Positions 12,470-24,445 are shown, numbered from the stretch's first letter. The stretch is DNA of 64,000 nt from Lama guanicoe (GCA_013239625.1 MU054001.1:434001-498000); one strand, 5' to 3'. The notes: generated from the letters alone by a model not told the origin. A program made the numbers and translations.

Positions 12470-12945
12470 GAATTGGTCAGGGCCCCCAAAAGGAAGGAAA
12501 TAATGCTTCCAAACAGGGTAACAGAAGGAGAGGTTAATAAAAGGACTATTGACAAAGGAGTGGGCAGGTTTGAGGATACTGACAAGGGATAGGGCATACC
12601 CTGGGGATACATCTATGAAGGTATAAGCAAAGGAGTAACCATCGCAGAACCCAGGAGCGGGGCTGTATTAAGAGGGCTACCTCAGAGAAGCACTGGCCTT
12701 CAATACGACGTGTAGCCAACCCACTGTGACCTGGCGATGGTGGGGGGGCTGGACGAATTAATATCCCAACAGTCTTACCCTCCACAGTCCTCTTGGGGTT
12801 TTCCATTGGTTAAAGCCAACCAGAATGAAGAGGGTGAGGAAGCTCCTCACTGCTGTCCATGGGCATCCATCTCTCAAGCCACAGAGCAGGCTATAGAAGA
12901 GATCAGATATGGAGGGGCAAATGGAGGACAACTGGAACCACTTGG
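12470..12945 (-). mobile_element. ERVL LTR33-like solo LTR
   Basis: gtcagggcccccaaaagg...ttaataaaaggactattgacaaaggagtgggcagg...ccattggttaaagccaaccagaa...acagagcagg...ggaggggcaaatgga. Confidence 0.75.
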
Positions 12946-13169
12946 AGTAAACAGTTGACAGTGGCTGAGTTTGTTTTTTTCAGGCTTCGTTCACTTTATT
13001 TTTTGCATCTAAAACCATGTAGTGGCCACAGCTGGAGCCTGGGTCCTCTGCACAGAAACTCTGGTGTGGGTCTTTATGAGATAGCCAGTGAATTCCTGAT
13101 AGGGAGACTTGGTGAACCCTGTCTTTTTCCAGAGATAAACAGTGGCTGAGTTTTTAAAGTGCACCAGAC

Positions 13170-13355
13170 ACCATGGCCATGCTTTGTATTACCATATCAC
13201 TTTCTCTTCTCACCAGCCCTAGGAGGTGGGGGGCTCTATTATCCCCATTTTACAGATGAGCAAACTGAGGTTTAGGCAGGCAAATTGCCACCCTCAGGAT
13301 CACTCAGCTACTAAGTGGTAGAGGCAGGAATTGAACCTAGGACCCTGGACTCCTT
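13170..13355 (-). mobile_element. MIR SINE
   Basis: tattatccccattttacagatgagcaaactgagg...ctaagtggtagaggcaggaattgaacc. Confidence 0.9.
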
Positions 13356-13929
13356 GAGGACACTGCTATGTGGCCTCTTAGGTTGAGACAGAGGGACACC
13401 CACTCAGTCATCATCCAGGATCACAGCACAGTATTGATGCTTTCTGCCTTGCTCAGCCTTCAAGTGTCAGGGCCACATGCTCCGCACCATGGAGATTTGC
13501 TGTGCTGGTCTCAGGGGCTCATCATGAGCCCTGTGAAGGCAGGAACCCACAGCCATGAATGCAGGCATGCAGGATGGATGGGATGGGCAATGCAGATGGA
13601 GAACCTAATGCTCAGTGGCCTCCGATAACCCTGGAGCTTCCCTAGTGGGGAGCCCCATGTTAACAGAAGTGGAGGGAGGGGAGATGGAGATAAGAAGTTC
13701 ATTCTGAGATGCCTGTAGAACATGCAACTGGACACGTCCAACCAGCTGTTGGACTCTGTGGGGCTTTGAGCAGGTTATTTAACTTCTATTTCCCAAGGAA
13801 CCAAAGAAGCAGGCTGCCTTCCCTAATTTTTTAGTCATCTATGAATTAATAGAGAGGACAGCAAGGACCTGGGGAAGGTGAAGCCAAAATAATGGAAGAG
13901 CTCAGGTCTAATCACCAAGAGGAAGTTAT

Positions 13930-14045
13930 CTGAGTTCCAGGCACTCCTGCCTTAGACTCATAATATGAGTGAACAAATAAACTTTGATTGTGTTAGTGTG
14001 TTAGGCTACTGAGGTTTTAGGGGGTGTTTGTTACAGCAGATACAA
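13930..14045 (+). mobile_element. MaLR MLT1 LTR 3' end
   Basis: atgagtgaacaaataaactttgattgtgtta...actgaggttttagggggtgtttgttacagca. Confidence 0.7.
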
Positions 14046-14969
14046 TGAACTTGCCGGTACATGGAGCTTCTGTGTGAATCAAATCCTTTTTGTAGAAAGA
14101 CTGCAGGATGGGAAGCTCAGAACTGCCTCCAGAGGGACCCCTGGCTTCTAAGAGTGGCTTCTTTAGGCAAGACAGAAAGAAGCACGTCTTCCTCGAAGGA
14201 GCCAGGAGCCGGCTTGAGCCAGGGTGATGAAAGCCCGGGCTGAGAAGGCATTTACTCCCCAGAGCTGGGGTACCCGAGGGATGGGCTTCTCTTAGGGAAT
14301 CTGTGCAGCTGGGTCCCCTATTCTCCAGTGACCTGGAAGTGGCTGGGGCTCTGGTGCTCCACATGTAACTGCTCTGGCTTTAACTACTGGCTTCAGGGTG
14401 ATGAGGGTCTGCAGGACTCAGCTGGCAGGAAATTTATGTCCAATCCCCTCAGTTTCTGAGTGCATATTGATTGAAGCAGTTCTTATTCAGCTAAAAGTCT
14501 CCAATGGCCCGATTCTTGTGTGTCTTTTTTTTTTGGCGGGGGCAGGGGCGTAGTTAAGAAAAAATTTTTTTTCCCAAAATGGAGCCACTTTCTGTTGAGG
14601 AACTGAGACCCATCTAGCTCCCTCCCTCTCCACTGCCGGCCCCACCACCGGTCTCCCAGGAGCCCCAGAAGAACCAGTGGGGCGGCAGCCAGGGCTTCCC
14701 AAACCATGGCCTAATTCAGTGCTATTTGATATTCCTGCAAACCCAGGACCCACACGATGCGCTGGGACAGTTTGTTTGGAGAACACATTTCCGCCCCTTT
14801 GTACTGCAAGCCCGGGACCAAATGACATGCGTGTCTTTTCTGCAGATCTGGAGGGAAAACAGCTTGAAACCACATAGACACACTACAGTTTCTCTATCCA
14901 TGATATGGGAACACTGCTGCGTGGCCCAACCACCTCCAAGGGTCATTAAGAAATCCTGTGGAAATGTCT

Positions 14970-15185
14970 TTGTTGGTCAGGAATGCCAGTTTCAAGGAAC
15001 AGAAAAGCCTCTGACTGTGACCTAAGTTAATAGGAGTTTCTTTTTCTCTCATTACAAGCTATCTGGAGATTGGCAGTTTGGGACATTGGCTTGGTGGCTC
15101 TGGGACGTCATCAGGGTCAAAGATCTATTTCATCTTTTGGTTCTATCATCCTTCCCATGTTGACTTTTGATCTCATGCCCAGAGA
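14970..15185 (-). mobile_element. MaLR MLT1 (J/K-like) LTR fragment
   Basis: gtcaggaatgccagtttcaaggaacagaaaagcc...gtcatcagggtcaaagatctatttcatctttt. Confidence 0.6.
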
Positions 15186-15324
15186 GGATTCTACTCTCCT
15201 AAACTTAGAATTTAAGGATTCATTCTAAGAATACTTGGCAATGATCCATCTCACTATATTTCTCTTGCCCCTTCTTTGTCCTTCACTCCTCCACTCTCTC
15301 CCTCCTTTCCTTTCTCCTCTCTCC

Positions 15325-15625
15325 TTCCTTCCTTCCTTCTAGCCATCCAGAAGCAGTTACTGAACAACTACTATGTGGCAGGTGCTAAAGATACAACAAT
15401 GAACAAAACAGACACAGTCCCTGCCTTCCTGGAACTGACACTAATGGGGAGACAGGCACCATGGTAAATCTTAAAATAAGCATTTACTATCTGCACGTTG
15501 AGGGTTAAAGGTATGAGTGGTAAGAACCAACAAACAGAGTCAAAGAGAAGGAATCAGGGAAGGCTTCCAAGAGGAGGTAGCATTCAAGTTGAATCCTGAA
15601 GGATAAGGAGGGGTTAGTCAGGGTT
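15325..15625 (-). mobile_element. L2 LINE 3' end
   Basis: ttactgaacaactactatgtggcaggtgctaaagatacaacaatgaacaaaacagacacagtccctgccttcctggaactgac...tcagggaaggcttcc. Confidence 0.9.
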
Positions 15626-15654
15626 AATAAATACTGGGACACACACTCTGGTTG

Positions 15655-16041
15655 CTGTCAGCAGCGTTCTAATTGCCCACTACTGCCCCCTCTCCAGAGA
15701 CTCATCAGCTGGGGGAGCCACTTCACCTGGAAGTGTCTAAGAGATCCCACTATCCGACTACCCCCACGAGAGGGAAGGCTCCAGTCAATGAATGATTTGC
15801 AGGAACAAAAGCCCAGACCTCTTGCCTTAAGGAGGGACAACTCTGGGGTCATTACTCTCTAGAGCTCCCTGTACAATCAGGCTGAGGATTGACTGTTGCA
15901 GAACCCACAACTTTGCTTAACTTCTTCCCCTGCCCTCTCCTTTCATCACTCCTACAGGGTTCTCCTGGGAACAAGTCTCCAAAAAGTCACTTTATAAGAA
16001 TCTCTATGTTAATCAATTTTTAGGGAATTTATCCTAAGATA
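15655..16041 (+). mobile_element. ERVL LTR16-like solo LTR
   Basis: agtcaatgaatga...aaaagcccagacctcttgccttaaggagggacaactctgggg...atcaggctgagg...tagggaatttatcctaagata. Confidence 0.8.
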
Positions 16042-16654
16042 TCAGGTGACCCACCGCTCCAGCACAAAGAACAGCTTCTATAAAGCTTCTTGGCGACAAG
16101 AGAGAATAGGGGGCGTTCAGGAGAGCTCTAAGTCTCGATTCACTGTTGAGTGGCTGGACTATGGAGTCAGAGCACAGGATGGTGCCCTAAAGCTGCCAAT
16201 CCACCCTGCAAGGCTCAGTTTCTATCCGGACCCAGATCTGGTAGGGTACCGACTGGAACCAGCCTGAACCCTCTGCACTATTGTGGTTTCAAGGAGCACA
16301 AAGCCAGCCTGGCTTTGAGAGAACGAGAGCAAGAAAAAGGCATCCAGGGAAAGCCCGAGGTATGCCTTGCTGACCTTAATGCACCAAGTGTTTTGCAGGC
16401 CCTGTGGATCGATAGCAATGCATAATTGAGAGGCTCAGCACTGGCTGGTTACTCAGCCGCGAGCCTGAGAGAGGCTGCAGCCCTTTGCCAGCCCCAGAGT
16501 CCTTCTGAGGCTGGCTGCCTGGCTCCGAGACATCTCCCTCAGCCTCTCCCCCTCCACATTCAGGTAGAATAGCCTCCATCTAGCAGAGGGGAAGTACACA
16601 CCAGACACAGGCAGTGTGGGATGGCAGTTAAGGATGCAGGCTCTGGAGTCAGAC

Positions 16655-17351
16655 TGTATCAGCTATCTATTGCCACAATAATGCTGCATAACAAACAAAC
16701 AAAAAAACTACAAAAATCTCAGTGGCTTTTAACAACAGGAGTTAATTTAGCTGATGTCTCTCTGAGTGGGCTGAAACAGCTCCACCGACCTTTAGGTGGG
16801 TTTGCTGATGTATTTGTGCTTTTGTGAACTAGGTTGTGGAGCCAGAAATATTTGGCAATATATTTTGTTTCACAAGTTTATTTTTCTTCTATCAAGTTAA
16901 ACATATTCAACAGCTTTTCTTTAAAGTGGCGTGTGTAGTAGGAGCCCATTTTAAAAATTTGTTTCTGTTTTGATCCATCTGTCTGTCCATCTTTCTAACC
17001 ATCTACCTATTGCTCATTAGCATAAATGTGAATGGAACAGCAGGAGTAATATGCACTAATGTGAATGATTTACCTAAAGACCTGTTAAGTCTGTTCCACT
17101 TGTCTGTTATCTTTCTTGGTCCAGGGAGCTAGCCAGAGAAATGTTCTCACAAGTAAAGAAAATGGCAATGGGAAATTTCTTATGGCCTAGATTCATTTCT
17201 GTCATTTCTGTCTCATGATCTTGGCCTAAGGAAGTCACATGATTGAACCCAATAGCAAAGATGGGGAAATATACTCCAACCTTTTACTGAGAGGTACTGT
17301 AAATTCATAAGATCAAGGGTGAAAAATCAAGACCAATAATGCAATCTGTCC
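16655..17351 (-). mobile_element. MaLR MLT1 (H/I-like) solo LTR with 5-bp TSD cagac, itself carrying a 221-bp insertion
   Basis: Begins tgtatcagctatctattgccacaataatgctgcataacaaac; cagac flanks at 16650-16654 and 17352-17356. Confidence 0.8.
16845..17065 (+). repeat. Dispersed direct repeat, copy 1 (221 bp)
   Basis: Matches 18204-18421 with about 8 substitutions and 2 small indels by manual alignment. Confidence 0.97.
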
Positions 17352-17569
17352 CAGACTGCTTCTTTGGAATTCTGGCTCTGCCACTTGCTAGCTGTGTGAC
17401 CTTGAGCAAATCACTTAACCTCTCTGAGCCTCAGTTCTCTCATCTATAAAAGAGAAATACTAATGGTAGCTTCCTTTGGGATGGTTGTGAAGATCCAATT
17501 AAAGCTGGGGAGGTAGGTAAGTTACTGTTCTGTAAAGTTAGTTATCTTAGCACCAAAAATCCCTGTAGC

Positions 17570-17780
17570 CAGGAAGAAACCATCCTTGGGGCAGAGCCAC
17601 CTCTCGGGTAGCAGAGAGGAGAGAGAAGGAATCTAATCCTTGAAATCAATGAGCTGCCTAATCGGGTGACCAGAAGCTCCCAAACGCTAGATTTCTGTAA
17701 ATGTATAAATTCTCTTGCTGTTTAAGCCAGTGTAGGTCACTTTTCCATTGCCTTCAGCCAAGAGCTTCCCTTCTGATATA
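17570..17780 (+). mobile_element. MaLR MLT1 (J/K-like) LTR 3' part
   Basis: ataaattctcttgctgtttaagccagtgtaggtcacttttccattgccttcagccaagagcttcccttctgata. Confidence 0.65.
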
Positions 17781-17782
17781 GA

Positions 17783-18132
17783 TGTCTGTCCATTTGAATT
17801 GCTATAACAGAATACCATAGACTGGGAGGCTTCTAAGCAACAGAACTTTATTTTTCACAATTCTGGAGCCTGGAAGTCCAAGATCAAGGTGCCAGGATGA
17901 TCCAGGTCTGCCTGGTCACAGACTGCAGACTTCTCACTGGGTCCTCACATGGTAGAAGTGGGGAGGGAGCTCTCTTAGGTCCCTTTTATAAAAGCACTAA
18001 TCCCATTCATGAGAGCACTACCCTCATGACCTAATCACATCCTTAACGCCCCACCTCCTGATACCACTGCCCTGAGAGTTAGGTTTCAATATGTGAATTT
18101 AGGGTGTGGGGGGACACATTCAGACCATAGCA
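17783..18132 (-). mobile_element. MaLR MLT1A/MST-like solo LTR
   Basis: gctataacagaataccatagactgggaggctt...cctggaagtccaagatcaaggtgcc...ttttataaaagcactaatcccattcatgag...cattcagaccatagca. Confidence 0.9.
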
Positions 18133-18203
18133 GTTAACCAGCCTTTTAGTGTTTTCACAATGTTTTTCTTAAACCTTGATTCTTTTAGGAATGAATAGCT
18201 CTT

Positions 18204-18421
18204 GAAATATTTGGCAATATTTTTTTGTTTCACAAGTTTATTTTTCTTCTATCAAGTTAAACATATTCAACAGCTTTTCTTTAAAGTGGCATGTGTAGTA
18301 GGAGCCCATTATTAAAATTTGTTTCTGTTTTGATCCATCTGTCCATCTTTCTAACCATATACCTATTGCTCATTAGCATAAATGTGAGTGGAACAGTAGG
18401 AGTAATATGGACTAATGTGAA
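18204..18421 (+). repeat. Dispersed direct repeat, copy 2 (218 bp), adjoining an L1ME-like remnant
   Basis: Near-identical to 16845-17065; continues into acagtggttatttcttaggagtagaattt, an old L1M 3' motif. Confidence 0.97.
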
Positions 18422-18739
18422 CAGTGGTTATTTCTTAGGAGTAGAATTTAGAATGATTATCCTTTTTCCTTTCATTTTAAAACATCTTGTATTCTTTTAA
18501 ATCAGCAGGCAAATTTTTATTTTACCCCAAAAATAAAATTATTACATCTTTTCTTTGTAAAACCTAGCTGCTGATAAAGACAATAACTAGCATTACTTGA
18601 GTGCCCAATACATTCTAGGGGAATTCTAGATTCTAGGGAAATTCTCAGGGAATCTAGTCTCTCCCAAAGCAAACTAAAGGTTGCAGAGCTCTGATCCAGC
18701 CTTCTTCTTCTTCCTCCTCCCTCTCTTTGGGCCAAGTTC

Positions 18740-18915
18740 AGCTCCTCAAAGATCTTTCATCACATTATCTTATGGCCTCAAGACACATCTGTGAAATTGC
18801 AGGTCAGACTGTAATTACTAACCCTATTTGGCAGAAGGGTGAATTGCATCCAAAGAGGTTAAGTGGATTGGTTCAAGTCCCCCAGCCAGAGCCCAGGTCT
18901 CTATATTCCCAGGCT
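18740..18915 (-). mobile_element. MIR SINE
   Basis: accctatttggcagaagggtgaattgcatccaaagaggttaagtggattggttcaagtc. Confidence 0.65.
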
Positions 18916-19580
18916 GGAGCCTCCCAGGTTAGGACTAGTAGGAAATTTTGGGTGCAGGGCCAAGAACTTCATCTTCTCAGTCCAGGACTTAGCTCATTAG
19001 CTCCCTGTCTTCTGCTGGAATCCCATTTGTGTTCAGACTGATCTGAGAATGTCTCAATGAGACTCCCATTCTAATGCTCAGAGAGGTTTTTATGAATAAC
19101 AATCAGCATTGGGGACATATTTTTAAAAGTTGCTAATATTAATTTTACAGAAATAAAATCTAATTGAATTCCTCCTGGCTTTCCCCATTAACTTAATGTT
19201 ATGGACTTTTAACGGATGTTTTAATTAGATGTTCCTAGTAATGGGAATATGGCTCAATTTTCAAATGAGGGCCTAAGCTGCCAATATTCCCATTTGGACT
19301 TTTAATTAAGGTGAGAAAATATTAACCATTTACACTGGGTTATTGCCTGGACTATGTGTAGGATGGTGAGGTCACAATACAGCAGGCATGCGAGGGCCTG
19401 GGGGTGAAGGAGGGTGAGAGTTGGGGTTGGGGCAGTGGGGAAAGGCAAGTCAGGACCTTTGGAGAAGTTCCTGTATCAGCTATTTTTCCATATAAAGATG
19501 TGGATGTGAAAGCTGGTTCCAAATACTTCTCTGAATTTCTCTCTCATTTTTCTGGGTTTGTGGAATAAGTAGTTAGCAAA

Positions 19581-20057
19581 GTATCAATTTGCTTTTGCCG
19601 TGTAACAAAGCACCCCCAAATGTAGTGACTTTAAAAACAACCATTTATTATCTCACAACTTTGCATGACAGCAACTTGGGCTGAGCTTAGCTGGCCATTC
19701 CTTCTGGTCCGGGCAAGATTTGGCTTATCTTGGCAAGGGCTATTCATGTATCTGTGCTCAACTAGCAGACCAGCTGGGACTGGCTGCATGCTGATGGTCT
19801 TGGCTGGGACACTTGGGATAACTAGGGCTTCTCTCCATATGGGTGCTCATCCTCCAGGAGGCTAGCCCAGATTACAGAATTTCAAGAGCTGCCAGAGGGT
19901 AAGCTCCCATGCCCAAATGCTTTTCAAGTCTCTGCTTGCATTCCATTTGCCACTATCCCATAGGCCAATGCAAGCTGTGCAGAGGGCACAACCCAAGGAT
20001 AAGGACTTTACAAGAGGCATGAACAAATGGGGACACTCCTGCAATTAACCAATCACA
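19581..20057 (-). mobile_element. MaLR MLT1H-like solo LTR
   Basis: gctttgtgccgtgtaacaaagcacccccaaatgtagtgact...aaacaaccatttattatctcac...tttcaagtctctgcttgc...aatcaca (approximate quote of the termini and core). Confidence 0.85.
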
Positions 20058-20125
20058 GCAGGTTAGGCAAAAAGCAGATGAAGCCTAGAGGTAGGAGTGG
20101 CTGATCCAGTTCTGAGACACTAAAT

Positions 20126-20380
20126 CAGAGATCCCCAATACAAATGCCTGCAGGGCATGACATAAGAATAAATGAAGCAGGCCTGGCAGCAGGCACTGAG
20201 GGACCCTGGTGACCCACACCCTCACTAAAGGGACTCTCCACTGCTCAGCCCCAGCTGATCACAGCCATGCGGGGACATCGGCCAACAGTGGCCAGGGAGT
20301 CCACCTTTTCTGTTGTAACCTGATGTCTGTATTTTAGTTAGAGTCTCACCATTTTAAAAAGTTGGAAACAAATTAAAAAT
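20126..20380 (+). mobile_element. hAT-Charlie MER102-like DNA transposon
   Basis: caaatgcctgcaggg...ctgctcagccccagctgatcacagccatgcgggg...attttaaaaagttggaaacaaatt. Confidence 0.7.
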
Positions 20381-20389
20381 TATCAATGC

Positions 20390-21110
20390 TAGGCAGCTAT
20401 TAGAGAAATGTGAAGGAAGTTTAAACAGGAACTTCATAAAAGAGGAAATCCAAATGGCCAATAAATATATGAAGTGGTGATTAACCTCAACAGTCATCAC
20501 AGAGATAGGAATTAAACCCAGGATGAGGTACAGTTCATACCATGATCTCAGATGCCGCTGGTGGAAGTGAAAGCTAGGGCAAAAATGATCTAGAAGAGTT
20601 GAAGATATGCATAGACTGTGTGCAGAAATTCCACTCCTTAGCACATATTAGGAAATGTGAGCCCATATTCACCAGGTGATACAGTCAAGAATGAGCATGA
20701 TGGCATTGTACCAAAGAACCTAACACTGGAAACAACCTAAATGTCCATCAACAATAGAAATGATAAACATGTTGTTGTGCAGCAATACAATGGAGTATTA
20801 TATAGCAACGAACATGACCAAACTATCAATATATGCAACAATGTGGGTGAATCACAGATGTAGTGCCAAGCAACATCTAAGGTGACAAAAGAATGCATAC
20901 TGTAGATTCTCATTACAGAAAGTTCAAAAAGGAGTACAATTAAACTATATCTATATAAGTGTATACAAATGATAAAAATAATTTTTAAAAGAGATGAAAA
21001 CATTATGAAAACCTAGGTAGTAGTTATCTCTGGGCCAAAGGAAGGGAGGTAATTGGGAACACTCCAAGAGCTGTCAATGCTTTCCTGACCTGGGTGATGA
21101 ATCAAGTGAA
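20390..21110 (+). mobile_element. Ancient L1M (ORF2 3' end and 3'UTR remnant)
   Basis: aggaacttcataaaagaggaaatccaaatggccaataaatatatgaa...actggaaacaacctaaatgtccatcaacaatagaa...caatggagtattatatagca. Confidence 0.9.
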
Positions 21111-21499
21111 TTTCATGAGTTGGGAGTATAAGTGGGATTGACTGGACAATTCTTTTGCTGCAAGTGGCCTTGCCTGGGGTCACCTGGTGGTATCCAAGAT
21201 GCCTTAACTCACATTTTTTCTGAAAGACTGGGCTTATCTGGGCTCCTGTCCCTCGCCATGTGGTCTCTCCAAAAGGCTAGCTGGAATTCTTCTATGGGCT
21301 CAGGGCTCCAAGAGTGAGTGTACCCAGAGACAGGAGGTGGAAGCTGCTGGTCCCTGAAGGCCTGGGCTGGAAACTAGCATTTCTATCATATTCTATTCAG
21401 TACAGCAGTCACATTGTACCCAAGTTCAAGAAGAGGGAACATGGCCCCAACTCCCCATGGCAGGATGTCAAAGACACTGGCCATCTTTAATCAGCCACA
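21110..21499 (-). mobile_element. MaLR MLT1H-like LTR (partial)
   Basis: gggctccaagagtgagtg...gtggaagctgc...ggcctgggctggaaact...ggccatctttaatcagccaca. Confidence 0.75.
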
Positions 21500-21999
21500 C
21501 TACTACTACTTTATTATTACTGCTATTGTTTATTAATGATTAGTACTATCCCAGGGTTAGACATTTGAGGAGGCAGCCCTGGAACCAAGATCCTCCCATC
21601 GCACTTACTGAAGAGCGGCCCTGAAAACCAGCTTCTTCCTTCACCTGGAGCCGGGGCCCTGGCTCCGACCCCTGCCTCTGTGACTGGTCAGATGGAGGGA
21701 GATAAGAAGGTTTTTGGCAGACTCTCGCCCCCAAGGACATAACCTTCTTTCCTCCCACCCTCCTAGTGTCCACCGTTACAGACACCCCTTCCCCTCTCCT
21801 CACCCCCATGTCCCATGCCCTGGGGATTCCTGCCCTGCCCCACTCCCAGGGCCATGGTGTGCGAGTCTCATGGTGACTCTGCCAAAGGCTCTGTGGCCAA
21901 GAGGAGGCTATGCCTGACTCGGCGTCACACCTGTTCCCTGGTCCACCCCAGGATGCACCTTTTCATTTCTTATTTGTCAAATAGCTTTTTATAGAGTGG

Positions 22000-22235
22000 C
22001 AGATTGATACAGGGGAGACATGCTTGCAGTTTGGAGCTGAGCCAACAGGGTTCAAATTTTAGTTCTGTGTGGCCTTGAGCAGGTTATTTACTGTCTCAAT
22101 GCCTCGGTCTCCTTGTCTGTCCCATGGGGATAATAAGAATGATATGTCCCTGGTGTGGGGCCATCATGAGGATGAAGTGAGTTAATATAAACAGCACCAA
22201 GAATGGTACCTGTTCACTATGTCAGTGGCTGCCCT
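22000..22235 (+). mobile_element. MIR SINE
   Basis: gggttcaaatttt...tgtgtggccttgagcaggttatttac...atggggataataa...tgaggatgaagtgagttaata. Confidence 0.85.
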
Positions 22236-22560
22236 TATTTTTATTATTGCAAAGTGAAAATGCACCTAGTAAAAAACTGTACAGAAGAGCATACAGTGGA
22301 AGGCCAGTCTTCCCACAATTCTGTTTTTGCCTTTCTCCCCAGATGCACCCTCTGCTAATAGTTTCTTGGATCCACTGGCAAAAGTGTTCATTCAAGTGCA
22401 TGTACACATGCAGGTATGTATAAGATGTAAAAAATCATATATACACACACATACACATGTTGCAGAATAATGAATACTTTTAGACACTTGTCTATACTTT
22501 GCTTTCTTTCCTTAACTCAGTATCAAGATTTTTACTGGCACATCTGAACTCAACTAGAGC
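22235..22560 (-). mobile_element. Ancient L1ME-like 3' fragment
   Basis: ctctgctaatagtttcttggatccactggcaaaag...tttgctttctttccttaac. Confidence 0.55.
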
Positions 22561-24199
22561 CCTAGTGGTAGAAGTTCAGGATATTCAGGCGGTTAGGGAA
22601 GAAATCAATGGAAGAAAACATCCTTTAGAGGGGATTCCCAAATCCTACCATGTAGGTAGTTCCTGGCCGTCCTTAACGCTTTTAAAGGTTTTGGTCTCAT
22701 TGACTATGCAGCCTTGCAAAGTTCCTTCTTCCTGGCCTCAGTTTTCCCATCTGTTAAATGGGTATCGGACAAGGCTATCTCCAAATCCTTCTGAATCAGG
22801 ATAGTCCAGGGCTTCAAGGGTATAAGAAGGCTCTGCCATGGCCAGAACCCAGGGACTTCAGGATGTCAGCCTTCTTTTGCAGCCTAAGAAATGCCTGGCC
22901 CCATGTCACACAGCCTCTGTGGAGGAGCTGGGGTTGTGTGTCACTGAGGCATGGAGAGTCGGGTAATGAGGCCAGAGTGGGAATGAGGCAAATGTCCTGG
23001 GACTGCCTGAACCGAACCCAGGGCATCTGGAGACGCCAGGCGGGCGGCCTTGGTTTGTGTTGGACGCCTCACAGCCCGCCCGTGGTAACCGAACTGGCTT
23101 TTGTTTGTTTGTCTAAATAGGAAGACAGAGGCTCGGGGCTGCCTGGGATGGCTCCACAAACAGGCCCGCGGCCAGAGTGGGCGGCCAGGGGAGCTGAGCT
23201 GGGCAGCCAGAGGCCTGGGACAGAGAAGGGGGCGTCTGGAGGCCAGGCTAACCCAGCCTGTGAGGGGATAGCGTGGCAGGCAGGCAGGACGAGGGGAGCA
23301 TGACGGTCAGGTCAAGTGTCCCGTGCAGAAGTAGGACAGAAAAGGAGACTCTGGACTGGCCCACAGCAAGGCCTCAAATAGGCCTCCCTCTCTCTGCCCT
23401 GGCCCTGCCCTGCAGCCTCTGACCTCATCCCAGGGGATCCAGACCTGGGTCCTGACCCCTGTGGGCTGCATCTTCCTTGCCCATCAATGGTAAGTCAGTG
23501 TCAGATGGTTCACTGCTCTCTCCTTTCTGCTGCGGAGTGGGCAGTGGCCGGTGAGTTACGGCCTCCTTTGGTCAGCAGAGGGAGTGGAGGGGACCAGCTT
23601 GCTGTGAGGCCAGGAGAGCCAGACAGCTATCTGTCTGCCTTCCTAACCCTCAGGTCCTCAAGGCCTTGTTTCCTCTCCATCTCAGGGCAGTCAGGCTCCT
23701 GGTGCGGGTGGGAGAAGGGTGGTACCCCCAGATTTTGAATTAGAGGAATGTTTCTGTTTTTTCGGTGCAAGAAAATGAGATCTGGATATAGCTTATATCG
23801 ATTTGGTATAGTTATATAGCTGAACCATTTGAAAGAGCCATTTCTATAGATCAAAAACACTCTAATATTGTCCACTTCATGTGGTCCAACCTAACAACTG
23901 TAGTGACAAGGATATAAATATAATGCTGACACAGATACAGATCTACACACACATACACAGACATATAAATACATATGCATAAAATGATATGCTGGTCATT
24001 GCATTTATCAGTTTTTTTTAACAAGTGCGGACAAACCTCACTAACCTTTTCTCTGCCCTCTGTGCGCCTCCCCCACCCACCCCTCCAACCATGGAGAACT
24101 TGATATAGTCTAGAGCCTCCCAAGAGCTTCAGGGCTCACTTCTACAGTGACCAGCCCTCCAGGGGTTGCCGACCAGGACTTCATCTCATTCACCCACTG

Positions 24200-24445
24200 C
24201 AGGGTTGAGCAGCAAAACAGAACTTTGGCATCAGGTAAATCCCACCCTCACCACCCCCACACATGCTTTGTAACTTTCTACTGCTGCCACCTTAGTTAAG
24301 GCGTTATTTCCTGGAGCCTCTGTTTCCTAGTCTATGAATAGGGGGTTACAAACAGGACCTACTTGGCTAGGCCCCTGTGAAAATAAAATGGAGTGATATA
24401 CAGCAGGGCCTGACCACTGACACGCAGTGCAGTCTTAACAGGTGT
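24200..24445 (+). mobile_element. MIR SINE
   Basis: gagcctctgtttcctagtctatgaatagggg...gtgaaaataaaatggagtgat. Confidence 0.7.

Larger units (their letters stand above)
16611..17505 (+). mobile_element. MIR SINE interrupted by an MLT1 LTR (16655-17351)
   Basis: The MIR head gcagtgtgggatggcagttaaggatgcaggctctggagtcagac resumes at 17352 (cagactgc...tctggctctgccacttgctagctgtgtgaccttgagcaaatcacttaacctctctgagcctcag). Confidence 0.85.
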
